Below the pieces are notes generated by a model that was not told where the DNA came from, did not search any database, and worked only from the letters and a program-made list of their open reading frames with translations. The position numbers and the translations under genes are program-made. A stretch of 64,000 bases of DNA from Lama glama (lineage: Eukaryota), in contig CM052816.1 of the NCBI GenBank assembly GCA_028534125.1, forward strand, positions 84,198,001 to 84,262,000. The letters are read 5' to 3'. The first letter of the stretch is position 1. Each line of letters opens with the position of its first letter. Below are positions 1 through 13,558 of this stretch, piece by piece.

Positions 1-946
1 AGAGAATTCTTGTTGGCCCATAAAATTGGTCTTTTTCAAAGAGTAGGAAGGAGCTAACATCTATTGATTGTGTGGAATTTACAATGTCATGCTTTTTTCC
101 CAAAATTTTATTACTACTTATTTATGTGTGTGTATATATGATTTATATGTATATACATATATGCAATTTTGTTTGTATATATGCACACACATATAGTATC
201 ACATACACATGTATGTATGATTTTTCACAAATGTTGAGCTGTATTACTTCTTTTAGCACCAATTATATTATCACCATTTTGTTATGAGATAAATCATGCT
301 TAGAGCTAAACATGTTATTCAAGACCACTTGTAAGTAGAAGTTGGGATTTTACCTCAGGCTCTTTCCATGGTAAGAGGATGCTTACTCACTGGACAACAT
401 GTTGACAGATCAAATCTATAAAGTGTCATTTCTGTTATTAAATCAAGAGTTGTCAATTGGGGAGATATAAAATACCATGTGGTATTTGGGGCAACTGAAA
501 GTTGGGGTGGGGGCGGGGTCCAAGGCTGGGATGTGTAGGCAGGCTTTTCTATTAAACAAATCCTGCTCAGGAAAACTCTGCCATCAATATTCCATTCAAG
601 AAAGATGGATTGTGTTCACTCTTTTCAGGTTGATAACAGTAAATGGCATCACTTAATTGTTGTAAGTTAATGGTCTCACTTCTGTAATGACTACAATTGA
701 ATTGTGCAAGTTAGAAGTATCTCAGCATTTAAAGTAGGTGTGTTCCTTATTTTTTGAAGACTAAAATAGCTCTAATTATGAAAATGTCGGGTTTTCTAAG
801 ACAAAAAAGCACCACTCTTGGTAAATATTATGACATTATTACTTTAGATATTTACTTTCTTTTTAAAACGTATTTGTTATCTTGCTCAAAAAGATAAAAA
901 CTGTTTTAATTTCCTATAGAAAAACTGCTAAGAAATCGTATAATTT

Positions 947-1120
947 CCTGGCTCTCAGTTGTATTTGTGACTAACAATAACCTGATTGCTTGTTAAAATT
1001 CTAATCCCTGGGAATCTCGTCAAAGATGCTCCTTTGGTTGTTCGAAGGTCTGGGAATTTCAGTTTTAAGAAGCACAGCAGGATAGTCTAACGCTCAAGCA
1101 TTGTCTGAAAACAACTGCTC
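947..1120. mobile_element. Degenerate MER5-like hAT-Charlie DNA transposon remnant
   Basis: Motifs 'cctgattgcttgttaaaatt...ctggg' and 'tttcagttttaagaagcac...tgaaaacaactg' resemble the MER5A/B consensus as recalled; boundaries approximate. Confidence 0.55.
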
Positions 1121-1689
1121 TGGTACCGCACAAAGAGGAGCTGTTGTTCCCTGTCCTCGGTGTATAATTTGGCAGTTACTTCCCTATTCTCCATGCTCTT
1201 CACCATCCTTTGCTCCATCTGTGTAACTAAACTCTGTCCCTGGTCACCAGGTGAAACTTCATAATGAAATGCTGTTCCTACTGTGTAGGTTAAAAGTGAA
1301 TAAATACAGAGCAAAAATTATTTCTCTTTGAATTCCCATTTTCCCCCCACATAGCACAACCATAAATAACTGTATGACTATGTAAGACCACTGCATTGCT
1401 GAAGGTTAGGTAATGGGAATTACACCATTTTCATGAAGACCTAATTTGACTAACTTTTACAGCAAGAATAGAGGGAAAACAAACAAACAAACAAACAACA
1501 ACAATAGAAAAAAAAAATACTCATCTTTCACCAGGAGGTCACTCAATGAATTTATTCAGTGTCAAACCTTTATCCCTGTCCTTAGTACCACCATCTCAGA
1601 GGAGAATAATTCTTTCAAGATCTGAAATACGTCTACTTTTTCCTCAAGTCCCTAAATAGAACTAGCTTTGCTTTTGTCTGCGTTTTTAT

Positions 1690-1835
1690 GTCTCATTAGT
1701 GATTTCAGAAAATAAGTGAAGACAGCAAGGTGGCATGGATCAAAGGATACAGAGTCAAACACCTTGATCAAAGCTCTATTACAGAGAAAGGCAGAGCTGG
1801 ATTTTGAGCTCAAGCCGTCTGCCTTCCAAGGGTGC
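1690..1835 (-). mobile_element. MIR SINE remnant
   Basis: 'ggcagagctggattttgagctcaagccgtctgccttcca' resembles the reverse-complemented MIR core. Confidence 0.6.
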
Positions 1836-4800
1836 TTCCTGAAAGAAAACAGGTGCACTTCCTTCAGGATCAGCCATTCCAGTCCCACCAGGAAGGAAAT
1901 AATATGGCACTCTTAATCTCACTGGCAAGCATATGTTTCTACATTCTCATTTCTCTGTGAACACCAGGACTCGTTACCCTTTGTGGTCCTATATTTGCAC
2001 TCTCTGATGTAAGAGTTAATTTCCAGGTACCTTTGCACATAAGGTGGCTATCTTTGTGTAAATTTTGGTTTCCTGAGGAATAAGCTTTCAGTGGATAGTT
2101 TTAGAGACTTTAGATTGAAAGGAACAATCTCTACATAACTGAACGGGTGCTGTGAAACGGCTCTTATCCTGACGCATTTAGCACACGATCAGTTTTTTCT
2201 TGGCTGTCTTTTTTTAACTTCTTTGGACTAAAATATTGTTCTTCATGTCATAGCTCTTGTTTGTTACAGCTTGGTGATTTTTCCTGAGACTATGTAGTTT
2301 GTTGTGAGTTAACACAACATTCTTAGGAGGGTTTACGAATTCTGCTTCTCGTGATCAGTGTCCCACACACATTTATGAGATATTGGAAACCAGAAGCAGT
2401 TTTCAGAAGTTAGGAAATAGTTCCTTCAGAATTTGGGCTCAATAATCTGATTTTTTTAATAAAAACCTTATTCTCTAAATGTGTTATACATACATAGTGA
2501 AATGATTACTGCAGTCAAGCTAATTATGTACCTTCTCTTCATCTATTTACTTTTTTTTTTAAAGTTTAGAATAACTTGTTGAATTAGTTAAATTTATTTC
2601 TCTAGAAACTAAGGGAAATATGGTCTTCAAAATTTGCTTTAAGAGTCATGGTAGGTTAAGGATCCAATTTCTCAAAATATGCTCTATCGGATAAACAGCA
2701 TCTTAATCACTTGTGATGTTGTACTGGTGGAAGATTCTAGACCCCGAACCTCAGTTTCCCTCCTCTGAATCTCTGGAATTCGATCCTGATATTTGTAATA
2801 TAAAGAACCACTTCAGGTATTCAGTCAGCCTAAACATTTAGGGACCACAAGATTAAAGGAAATTACCAAACAGTGCTTTCTGGATTTGGAACATTCATGC
2901 AAAACTGATTTCTTAAATATGGTTCTTAGAGAAGATAAAATCACTGTTAAGATTTCAGTAGTGTCCAAAATGTTTCAAAAGTAGCTTTTGCAACTCTACA
3001 GAAGCAAAAATGCCAATCTTTATAGGTTCAGAGCAAACTGGAGAAATGATTCAAAAGAAAGACCGGTTACTCCAGCTCTGGATGAAGGACAGAGAGATCA
3101 TTTTAGAGGTTCTGGAGACACAGTGGGAGAAGGCTGCTGTAACTGAGACAAGGAAATAGGCACAGAGTTTTGGAATTAGAGAAGCTATAGGCTAACATTT
3201 CTGCTGGCCGATGAATGCCAAAGAGTCCCGGCTGCGGAGCTGGTATAACACCAGCCTCTGGTTTCCAGAATCCACAGGTGATCATTTTCTCTATATCTAG
3301 GAGAAAGAGCAGAATGACAATATCTCCAAGAACCAAGCACTATTTACACTGTTTCTAATCCTCCCAGGAAACTTTAAGCCTACACACACGATATGTGCAA
3401 GAACAGAGACTGTAATCAAGGTTATGGAATAACAAACCCTATGTTCTTTCTAGTGCCTTAAGCTCTAACCTGGTCAGTGGGGAAATAATAGATACGAATC
3501 ACCAAATTCTATTATATTCTGTTGTGCCTGTAGATCCTACCCATGAATCTGCCACGACTCTGGTTAATGGAGACTTTCCATGGGTTCAGAGCCATCTTTC
3601 CATGACCCATAGGACAAAGGGGTTCTCTCATAGACACCCTGTTTTCATCAGCCTAAAATCCAAAGTGCCGGCACTGCCCCACCATTGATCTCTTCACATC
3701 TTTTCGTCTCAAAGACCTTGCCTTAGATGAGCAACCTTGCTCAGTTTCTCTATCTGTTCAAGCTCACTCTATACCTCCCCTTCTTTTATCTGCATATTAC
3801 TCTTCAACTTTGAGGGCACCAATTCCACTGAGGGCTTTCATGTGATGTCTGTTTATTTTCTCATGCCTCTATTACTTTTAGTACAGGAGGTGGGACTGAT
3901 GAACTACCTGACCTGAATTTAACCAAATAAAATTTTAGCCTCTATTGTTCCCTAAGAACCTCTGATATGTTGAGATTTCTGCCATTTAGCACGAGGGGCA
4001 AGCATGCTGTCACTCTCCTTGAATCTATTTTCCGCCAACATACAGAACACGTCTTCTTATTTACTGAATAACAATAGGTAAGTAAAGAATAGGGAAAAAA
4101 AAGGAAGAAAGAGAAAATTAAAAAAAAAAAAAAGAAAAGAGAGAGAAGCATTGCCACTTGACTTAATGTGTTCCTCTCTTGTCCGTGTTTTATAACCCTC
4201 CTGGTAATTCCAGCATCCATGGGATAAACTGTCAAACTCGTGGTCTTATAGTGATCAAATTTTCCACGTGTAACATCTTTCTCATTGTGTCTGATAATAA
4301 AAAACAGCTAACATCATAACTTGGATCTTACCAGTGTTTTACTTCCATCTTCAAAACTACTCAAACAATCCCACTCTCTAATTATAAACTCCTATCCTTC
4401 CATATTTTTTCATTTAACTTCTTCAATTGTTCTCCAAGCTTGCTCAGAGTTTTCTGCTTTCACTATATTCATTCATTTTATGTGTCTCATTATTAGTCTC
4501 AGATTTTTTGGCCCATCACTTCAAAAATAGCTTTCCATTAATCCAAACTATGCAACTATCCTGTCATTTTGTTTCACAACTTGAACAGATCTCAAATCCT
4601 AGATGAATTCAACTTTCTGTTCTCTCAATTTCTGAACCAGAGCAGCCTGGTGCTGACAGAGTAAGTCACACAACAGGGAACGTGGATGTGGTGATTCATA
4701 TATATCGTACTGGCAATCTCAGTAGTTCCATTATTTTTTTTCTGATGAACACTCTCCTGTAAGTCACAACTCTTTAAATCCTCTTTCATCACTGCTATGT

Positions 4801-7800
4801 ACATAGAAAATAAAAGCGATCTGATTGAAATTTACTCATAACACAGATGCAAAGTATGCAGAACTATTTTCTTCCAATTGTTAGAACAAAGATAGCCTTA
4901 TTTATATTCAAATATCTACCAAATATTTTAGATTCCATCACTACCATTTTTTTCACTATCTCTTAAATATTATTCAAACTCTCCCACTCTACTAGATCTT
5001 TGTCATTTTTCTTTTCTTTTTTAAATAAAAGTAGGGAAGCACACAGGAACTAACTGAGGTTATGAGGTCTGTTTAGCATTTCAACAGCAAAGACCATACA
5101 AAGATAACTGTGGAAATCTTAGTCTATGTTTCCAAATATTTGATAATCCAGAAATATATTGTTCAACCCATTATTTTATCCCATGTGATTGCTTCATTAA
5201 AAATAGCTAGAGAGTCTTATGCTATCATTAGAATATAGATAGTGGACCAGAACAGAGAATTGTTATCAGAAATATAAGAAAAATGGAAATTTCAAGTTAA
5301 TATTAGCAAAATTTTATATAATGTTTACTATTGATATAATGCTATTATATCAATTCTGTGTATGGGTTATCTCATTCCATTCTCACAATAAATTATGTTT
5401 ATCATATCATCAGATATAATGCATTTTTAATGAAAAGTGATGAGAGAAAATATGGAGATTATAGGAGGATATGGGGACATCAGAAAAGAATGAGAAGTTA
5501 AATCGATGTCGGGGTAGGGATGGTATACTGGGGGAAGACTGGTAAGCCGTCAATTAAATTATTAGTAATTTCATAAAGGTCCCCTTGCTTACCGTGTATA
5601 ATACTTTCTTGAGAAAAACAAAATGAAAAAATAACCTAAAACTTTCACTGTTTAATGATAATAGAAATAGATTTTGAACTGACTAAATGGAATTGGAAGT
5701 TTGTGTCAACAGCATCGCAAACATCACCATCACTATTATCATTACTATTACCCTAATAATGATATTTTTCAAGAATGCTTAATTTTTATATAATAACATT
5801 GTACTTTAAAATTTTTTCTTCTTATTGCTACCCCAATGCAAATCTGTTCTGTACAATTTGAGTATTTAGTTTTTGTTGTTTCAAGAAAATAGATAAACTA
5901 AATATCCTTACTCATAACATTTTTTAAAGGGGGGACTAATCCAGCAAATTAAAAGAAAACATTTGCAAAACTGCATTTTCCTTTGTCTTAATGACTACTA
6001 CAAGCTTATATACATCATCATAGTTTTAAGTACCTAAACTTTCTAAAACCAATTTAGACTCTTTAGTAATATGCATACTGAGTAAGAACAATGTGCACTG
6101 AATGTTCTATGAATTAGAAATCAGTGCTGCAAAGACTGTGCTCAAAAAAATAAGCAGCCATAGAAACAGCTGGAAAAAAATTATGCTTATCCAGCCTTAT
6201 GAAATGTAGTTTAAAACGAAAGAAATGAGGAAAACGCTATTCATAATTTCTTTTAGACACAAAAGAATCATAAAAAGGCCCCCCAGAGGACTAGTGTACT
6301 CAATTCTCCCTAATGTTAAAGAATAGATTTTAGAAAGAGTCTGTAAGAATATAATAACATGACTTGTCAAAACTGGACTTGTTTTCAGTTCTTATAATTT
6401 AGGGGAAAAAAGTAAAGTCCTTGTTCTGAAATACAGAACAAAATTAAAGTTATAATTATACAAAAGACTACACAGTGGCAGCTGCAAAATCCCTTATATT
6501 GCTCCCCAACTTTAATTCCCAGAATTAATCCTGATCTTATTGACTGCCTTATTAGCTGCTGTAAATAGCAGAGCAAAGTGTGTTTGTGGGAGGAAGCTGG
6601 AGGCATCTGAGTATAGGATGACAAATGGCATTATGATAATGTATTCTCTCTGTCCTGAATGGTATATTCAGTTCCCAAGTCTATGAAAAAAACATGTCAA
6701 GTATATTGATAGTAATATCAAAATTCATTACTTTCATAATTAAACCTGAAATATTTAATATTTTTAGTTTGCATGGGTAGGGAGCATGTGTTCCTCTGAT
6801 TTGTTAAAGAACACAACAGAATATAATGCAATTACTGTTGTTTACTCATCCCTTGTAATTCTATCCTGATTTTTCCTGAGTTAAACTGGTTTTCTTTTGC
6901 CCTTCAGTTACACAATGTTAATTGCTCACAACTACTGATTGTGGCTTCTTCAAAAAAGCCTATATTTTCATTCAGCTTGTGTTAGCCTACCATTCGAAAT
7001 TACACAATTTAATATGTTCAATTGTTTATTATCTCTGCTTTGAATCTCCATTTTGGATCTCTTATGGCTTTGTAAGTATTTTGAATAAGTTCTTAATAGG
7101 CATACTATCTCTTCCACGCAGTTCTGGAGTAACACAGCCTGGGGAATTTGAATGCTCCAGGGTGGCCCGTAATCAATCTCAGCTAGTCATTATACGTGCA
7201 TACTCCTATTAGTGCATGACTTAGGAAGCCAAGCCCACATGAGCCAACACAGGCATTGTATCCCCCCTTTGTATAATTGCTGGTTCAGGAAAAGACACAT
7301 GACTTGGGCTTGCCAATTTTGATTTTCAAATTTGGTTCATCAGGTTCCAATAATTATAATTCTTCAGATCCCAATTTTACTAAAATAGAAAATTCCATAG
7401 AATAATATGAAGTGTATTACTGGAGGTGGCAAAATAAAAAAGGATAATGTGATAGAGAATGACTAGAGGTAGGGGGAGGGAACCGCGGACATTGGTTGTC
7501 TACAGAGGGCAGTTCCTCAGGAATTAACATTTATTCACAAGAAGCCAACATTGAGATGACATAAGGCAGATGAAACAGAAAGTACAAGATGCAAATGCAC
7601 TGGTTTAATAAATGTCAGAAGGGCCTGGCCTCTTCAGGCCAGAATCGTGGGAGGCCTGGTTCAAACAGAGGCCTCAATGGGAGGCAGCAGCTCCATCCTG
7701 ACAATAATGGAATCTATAAACCACAGTCGGGGGTTTGCAGTTCAAGAATGACACAAATTACAAAAAAAAAAAAAAAAAAAACACTGGAACTCAGGAAATG

Positions 7801-9986
7801 ACTTACTGTACCTAGAGGATCAAAAACAAAAAAACAAAAACAAACTAGAATCAGAATCTAGAATCAATTTAGCTATCAGCTTTTAGGACTGAACTTAATT
7901 GAACACAAGCAGAGAATGAAGGCAAACTGCCAGTCAAAACTGAGTATTGATATTTATTTAAATGAAAAGTAGAATCCAGAAATTGCAAATAAACTCTGGT
8001 CCACAATGCTGGAAGGGATATACTCCAGCAAAAAGGGAGAAAAACCATGCAAGGAAGAAAATTAAAACTAAGAAAACAAATAGGCAAAGAGCAGTCATTT
8101 CTACATATTCTGTGTTAAATAACAGCATATATGATAACGTGGAACAATTTTGGAAGTAAAAAATAATCATCTAGACTATGAAAATTTCAGAATTGATCTT
8201 TATATGTATTCTGACAATTCCTTTGGTCTATATTCTTTTTTTCCAAATTAAGTTAGAAATTCACAATAATATAAATGTATAAATATTCAAAATTCTTAGT
8301 ATGTATGTTTACCTCAAATGATTGGACAAGATTTTGACCTTCCCTAGCAATTGGAGTCTTTAGTCTCTATCTAGTAAATCATCTACATCTGTGTATCTCA
8401 ACCCCTACCTATACCTGTAACATGTGGACACCTGTTGTCTACTGAAGTCATTCATAACTTTTGTAGAAAATACAAATGACCAATATTAGGATGATCATTT
8501 TGCCTTTTAGAATTCCACAATACACCATAAACTCAGACTCTAAATGCAAGAGATGATTATTTTGTAATTCACATGGGTTTAAGGTAAATATGAAAGTCAA
8601 CACATTACTAAATGTGTAAATGCTTCAAGACATTTTTGATAAAAAAAGAGAAACTGAGTCTTTCTAATATAAAATACTCAAAGTTATGGCATTATTTGAT
8701 TTAACATAAAATTAAACATAACTTTTGGAAGTGTTGGTTGTAACAACAAATTATATGCCACATAAATGGCTTTAAAGGCAAAGTACCAACAGCATAATTT
8801 GGAAAATAAAGTCTTTTTTTTCCCCCACAGGGCTTTGCAGGAATATAAAAGTCTTGACCATTGTCAATGATATTTTATATGTCACCAATAAAAAAAAAAT
8901 ATGTTCCAACCATTATGAGGCATTGTATTTATGAGTTAGACCTTGAAATCTTGACAGATTTGTGACCATTTGAGACAGGATATTATTGGGTCATTTTCTC
9001 ATCTATAAAAAAGTAAGTAACTATTGCAACTGCTAGCCAGGCTTTACAGAATGTTACAGCTGAAATTTTAATAATTTAAATGACTAAAATGCCCGCCACA
9101 TTTCACTGGAATCACATTTTAATGGGCTACATGAGAAATGTATGAATGCAACCTGAAGCATCATCATTCATGAAGAAATTTTCTTAATATACATATGCTT
9201 CACCTCTTGCTGAGGAAATCATGAAGTTGCCCATAATGTTTAATATCATTTAACATGGGCATGTTTGATCCTGCTGTTTCTGACTGTGATCTTCTGAATG
9301 CAAGGGGTAGTTAGCTGTTACCATTTTGCTCTATCCATCTGTGCTTCTGTGGTTACTTGTGATTGTTATTGTTGCTAATGTTATTAGTACTATTACTGTT
9401 ACTGTTGTTATGTGTGGTGCTCTTCCCATAAGCCTGGAAGTGTTCTCTGCATTCTATCAGATTTAACGAAGCCTGGAACCCAGCTATGTGCTTGTCCCAG
9501 ATGCAGAGTCCCAGACTGTATCACTAATCTGTGTTGCCTCTTGGTGCAAAGTATGCATGTGTTCAGAGTAACTCACCTGAACTACTGTGTCCAGGAAGAT
9601 GTTACAGAGATAGTAATACGTTAAAAAAAAATTGCTACTGTAATAGCTTCCTCTCCCCATTCCCTAAAAAAAAAAAAAAAAAAAAAAAGCTTTTTTATAT
9701 TGTAAGACAATGCTCAGTGCAGAACAATAGCTCCAAGGATAATCCCCAGCCTTCCTGGGGTTCACAAAACAAGCAAAAAATGCAATTGCAGAGGATATCT
9801 TAATGAATCGAAGCCACTGCATTAAACAGTTGTGAAGGCTGTACTTGTAACAAACGTTGAATATTCACAGATTTCAACTAACTGGGGACAACCACTGGAA
9901 AATTGATTATTTTAGCAAGGTAGAGCCTGAGATAAATACACTGGGAGGTATAAAAGGAGATCAAAAGACAGAAATTCAAGTGAGAT

Positions 9987-10616
9987 TGAGACAGGAAGGG
10001 GGCAGGGCACAGCCATTCAAGGAATGCTACAGCAGTTAACATCAAAATGGTAAAAGATTCAACCCCCAGTAGGCCTTAAGGCTCAAGATGGTGGGAGATT
10101 TAACTTCTAGAAGAATTTGAGCTTCATTATATGCTTATTGTAATATATTAACATGGTGAATAACATGCCCACAGGCGCCATGACAGTCCCAAGGCTAGCC
10201 ACAAAAGGTCAAAGAGTGGGAAATGGCCAATTTCCTGGGAATCCCAGCCCCTTCCCCAGGCTACTTAGACTGCTCCTTCCACTTACTTGCATATGAAGCT
10301 ACCAAAGCCCATGAAAATGGGCAACACTGCCCCTTACCGCCTCTCTCTCTCTCTCTGTTTGGAGACAGCCCACATTTTGTCTATGGAGTGTGTACCTACT
10401 TTTAATCTGAGCACCCAACCCGCACACTTCATGGCCTTTCTCTTGCCTTTCAATGTATCTCTCTGAATAAATATACCTTTACTCAACTGTGGCTCGCTCT
10501 CGAGTTCTTTCCTGCACGAAGCCAAGGACCCACACTTGGCAGGGCATGTCCCAGGGGCTCAACTGAAGCCTGGGACACAGCCCTTCTCACGCCCCACATC
10601 CGTTTTTCCTGCATCA
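9987..10616 (+). mobile_element. Solo LTR, ERV1-type (630 bp)
   Basis: Starts TGA, ends TCA; 4-bp TSD AGAT at 9983-9986 and 10617-10620; AATAAA at 10466; GC-richer than its flanks. Confidence 0.9.
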
Positions 10617-10789
10617 AGATAATCAGCCTACCAAAATATAAAAAATACATAATGTATGTGATAAATTTCTCTAGATATTGGAACAATTCAAAGCGAAAGA
10701 AAAATCTTAGTACTCCAGGAAATGCATAATTAGAGCAACAACAGGCCATAACTATACAATCATGAGAATAATCAGGAAAAAAACTAAAA

Positions 10790-11200
10790 AGCCAATAAGG
10801 CCTACTGCTGGTGGGGATGTAGAAGAGAAGGAGAAGGAAAATCTCATGGGTCATTGGTAGAAATGTTAACTGTTATAGCTTTTTAATAAAACAACCTGAA
10901 AATGTATATATATGTAAATATAAGTTTGTATGTATAACATACATACATATTATGTGTAGGTAGCAGTTTGCAGTAGAAATATATTTCATATCAATGTTAA
11001 ACATGATTGATTGAACCAATAAATGCCTAATGCATAGCACAGGATATCATGCAGATACTATATAGTAGGGGCAGATATGGGAAGTTGTCTGTGTATATTA
11101 TAAACTCAGGAAACTTTACAGAGTAAAATCCCCTTAAAATGAGTGAGAAAAACTTTTCACCATATGTGATATGAGTCTATATTATGAGCATGAGAAGGCT
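10790..11200 (+). mobile_element. Old L1ME-like fragment
   Basis: 'tgctggtggggatgtagaag...tcattggtagaaatgttaactg' resembles the L1 ORF2 3' end/3'UTR; highly diverged. Confidence 0.5.
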
Positions 11201-11429
11201 TTGGGAAACCACAGAAAATACTTAATAAACAGGAGGAGCCTCAAGACTTACGTATAAAAAGGAAGAGTTAAACAGAAAGTCCTCCCTCCCTGCCCTCAAA
11301 TAATAGAGTCCTCAGGCTCTTCCTGTTTACTAAGGGAATAAAAGACCCGGAAATGTGAGTTACGGTGAAAGAAGACCATTAAAATACACATCCCAAACTA
11401 AACTGCATTAAGATCCTATTAAGTTTCAC

Positions 11430-12240
11430 AGCCTTAAACACCCTCTATTCTTGGCACACTCGCTAATTTGTGTTAACATCCCTCCCTAATTTTGAGTTAT
11501 GTTGTCATCTCACGTTTGTTATGTTTTAAACAACACTCTTGATTTTCTTCTACAAACCCATTCTTCTCCCTCTTTCGCAGTTGAGGAAGTGGCAAAACTG
11601 TTGTTCCAAATCAGAGAGCTCCTCTCAGAAAGTCCTCCCTCCTTACCCTTAAGTAATAATAACCTGACTGATTATTCTCACTTTCTCATTTAGGCAGCTA
11701 TGCAGATCCAAAGTGCCACGATTTTTCACCAAGGCAACTGCACTAATCTCCTGACTTTTCTAACAGCTGACATTCCGTTTCTCTAGCATCAGTTCTTTAA
11801 ACAAAAGCACAGTTATTCTGCTAAAAAATAAATAATATGCTTAGTGTTCTGCTAAGTTCTTGCAGAGTTTTCAGTCTTACGAGAGTGATATCTACAGACC
11901 TGTCAGAGCCTTAACAGCTCGGCTCCCAGACTTCCACTCTGATCTCCTTTTTTTTTTTTTAAGGAAGCTACTTTTTATTCATTCAGGCCCAGCCACTTTG
12001 GCCTCATTGCTGCTAATCAAACTCATCAAGCTCATTCATTCTCACACCAGGGTCTTAATTCTTGCTCATTCCATCTGGTGTATTTTCCCTCCTGATGTTC
12101 ATGTCTTATTCCCTTACTTCCCTCAGATCTCTGCTCAAATTTCACTTTTCAGAGTAGGTCTCCTTTGTGACCTACACTAAATGGATCTTCTAGTCTATCC
12201 CTTCTGCAGCCCATCACTCCTTCTCCCCTGCATTATCACC
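11430..12240 (+). mobile_element. L2 LINE remnant
   Basis: CT-rich L2-like motifs 'ccagccactttggcctcattgctg' and 'cagatctctgctcaaatttcacttttcagag'. Confidence 0.65.
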
Positions 12241-12242
12241 AC

Positions 12243-12244
<2 letters not shown>

Positions 12245-12288
<44 letters not shown>
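12245..12288. repeat. (CA)22 microsatellite
   Basis: Perfect dinucleotide repeat. Confidence 0.98.
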
Positions 12289-12291
<3 letters not shown>

Positions 12292-13304
12292 ATACAAGAT
12301 AACGATGGAAAAACAAATAAATAAATAGTCTCCCCAGAAACCCTTCCCCTTCAACATTTCTAAGAAACTGTGTTTTTAGAAGTGGACCTGTGTAATATTA
12401 GATTTAATTTTTTTATTGTTAAAAATGCCCAATTATTTTATTTTTTTCAAAAGAGTCTTTTTTTTTTTTTTCTGGCTTCTTGGCAGTGTGAGTCTATAAA
12501 CATCTCTGCTGCCTCCCCAGTACACACCTAGGCACGGCCTCTTTGTCATCTCACTCCTACGTTTGCAGTGTGTCAGCATCTATTTTCTCTTTTTCGTTCT
12601 TCCTGCCACCACTGGAGAACTCTTTCTCGTTGTCTCTCTTCTAGATTCCATAGATTCCATCTCGTTTCCCTTCGCAAACATATCTGTCACAATTTCCCTG
12701 ACCACTTTGTAAACTCTAGTCAAGGTCGTGACAAACAGCATTTTTCACCTTATTTTTGCAGCCCTTTCCTCTATAAATACTTTCGCTGTGTCTCCAACTT
12801 CCAAATCCTATCCTTTTTTCAAGGACTCAGTTGAAATGTCAATATCATTATATTTCTCTCCAGAAACATGAGTTAAGATCAACTGTTAGTTGAAGTCACA
12901 ACATTTTAGGCTTTTTATCATATCCAGCATGATATAATAATTATTTGCATGTATCATGAAAGCAGGTATATTTTTGAAACACTAAACTGTTGTATTCATC
13001 TTATGTACCTAAAAAGTTGTTGAGCTCAAAGAGAAAGATAAAGCATATCTATAAATAACAAAAAATTCTATAAGAAAATTGAAGTTTAATTGATAAATTG
13101 AATGAAATGTTTTCACAAGAAGACAAAGGAATGGTTAACTTTATCTACTGAAAAATGGGAAATAGGTATATACAAAACTACAAATAGATGAATGAGGAGC
13201 ATATTAAAAATATATCGTTTAACAATTTATTTATATGGAAGCTTCATCTAATCTATTTTCTCTGGATGGATCTCTAAAATATCTATAATTAAAAGACATT
13301 AGCA

Positions 13305-13558
13305 GAGAATACAGACTTGTGGTCACCAGGGGGGTAGAGGGTGGGAAGGGATAGGCTGGGATTTCAAAATTGTAGAATAGATAAACAAGATTACATGGTA
13401 TAGCACAGGGAAATATACACAAAATGTTATGATAAATCACAGAGAAAAAATGTGACAACGAGTGTGTATATGTCCATGAATGACTGAAAAATTGTGCTGA
13501 ACACTGGAATTTGACACAATATTGTAAAATGATTATAAATCAATAAAAAATGTTAAAA
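13305..13558 (+). mobile_element. Young 5'-truncated L1 3' end (camelid-like)
   Basis: L1 3'UTR with AATAAA and A-tail; perfect 14-bp TSD AAAAGACATTAGCA (13291-13304 / 13559-13572); TT|AAAA endonuclease site. Confidence 0.93.
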
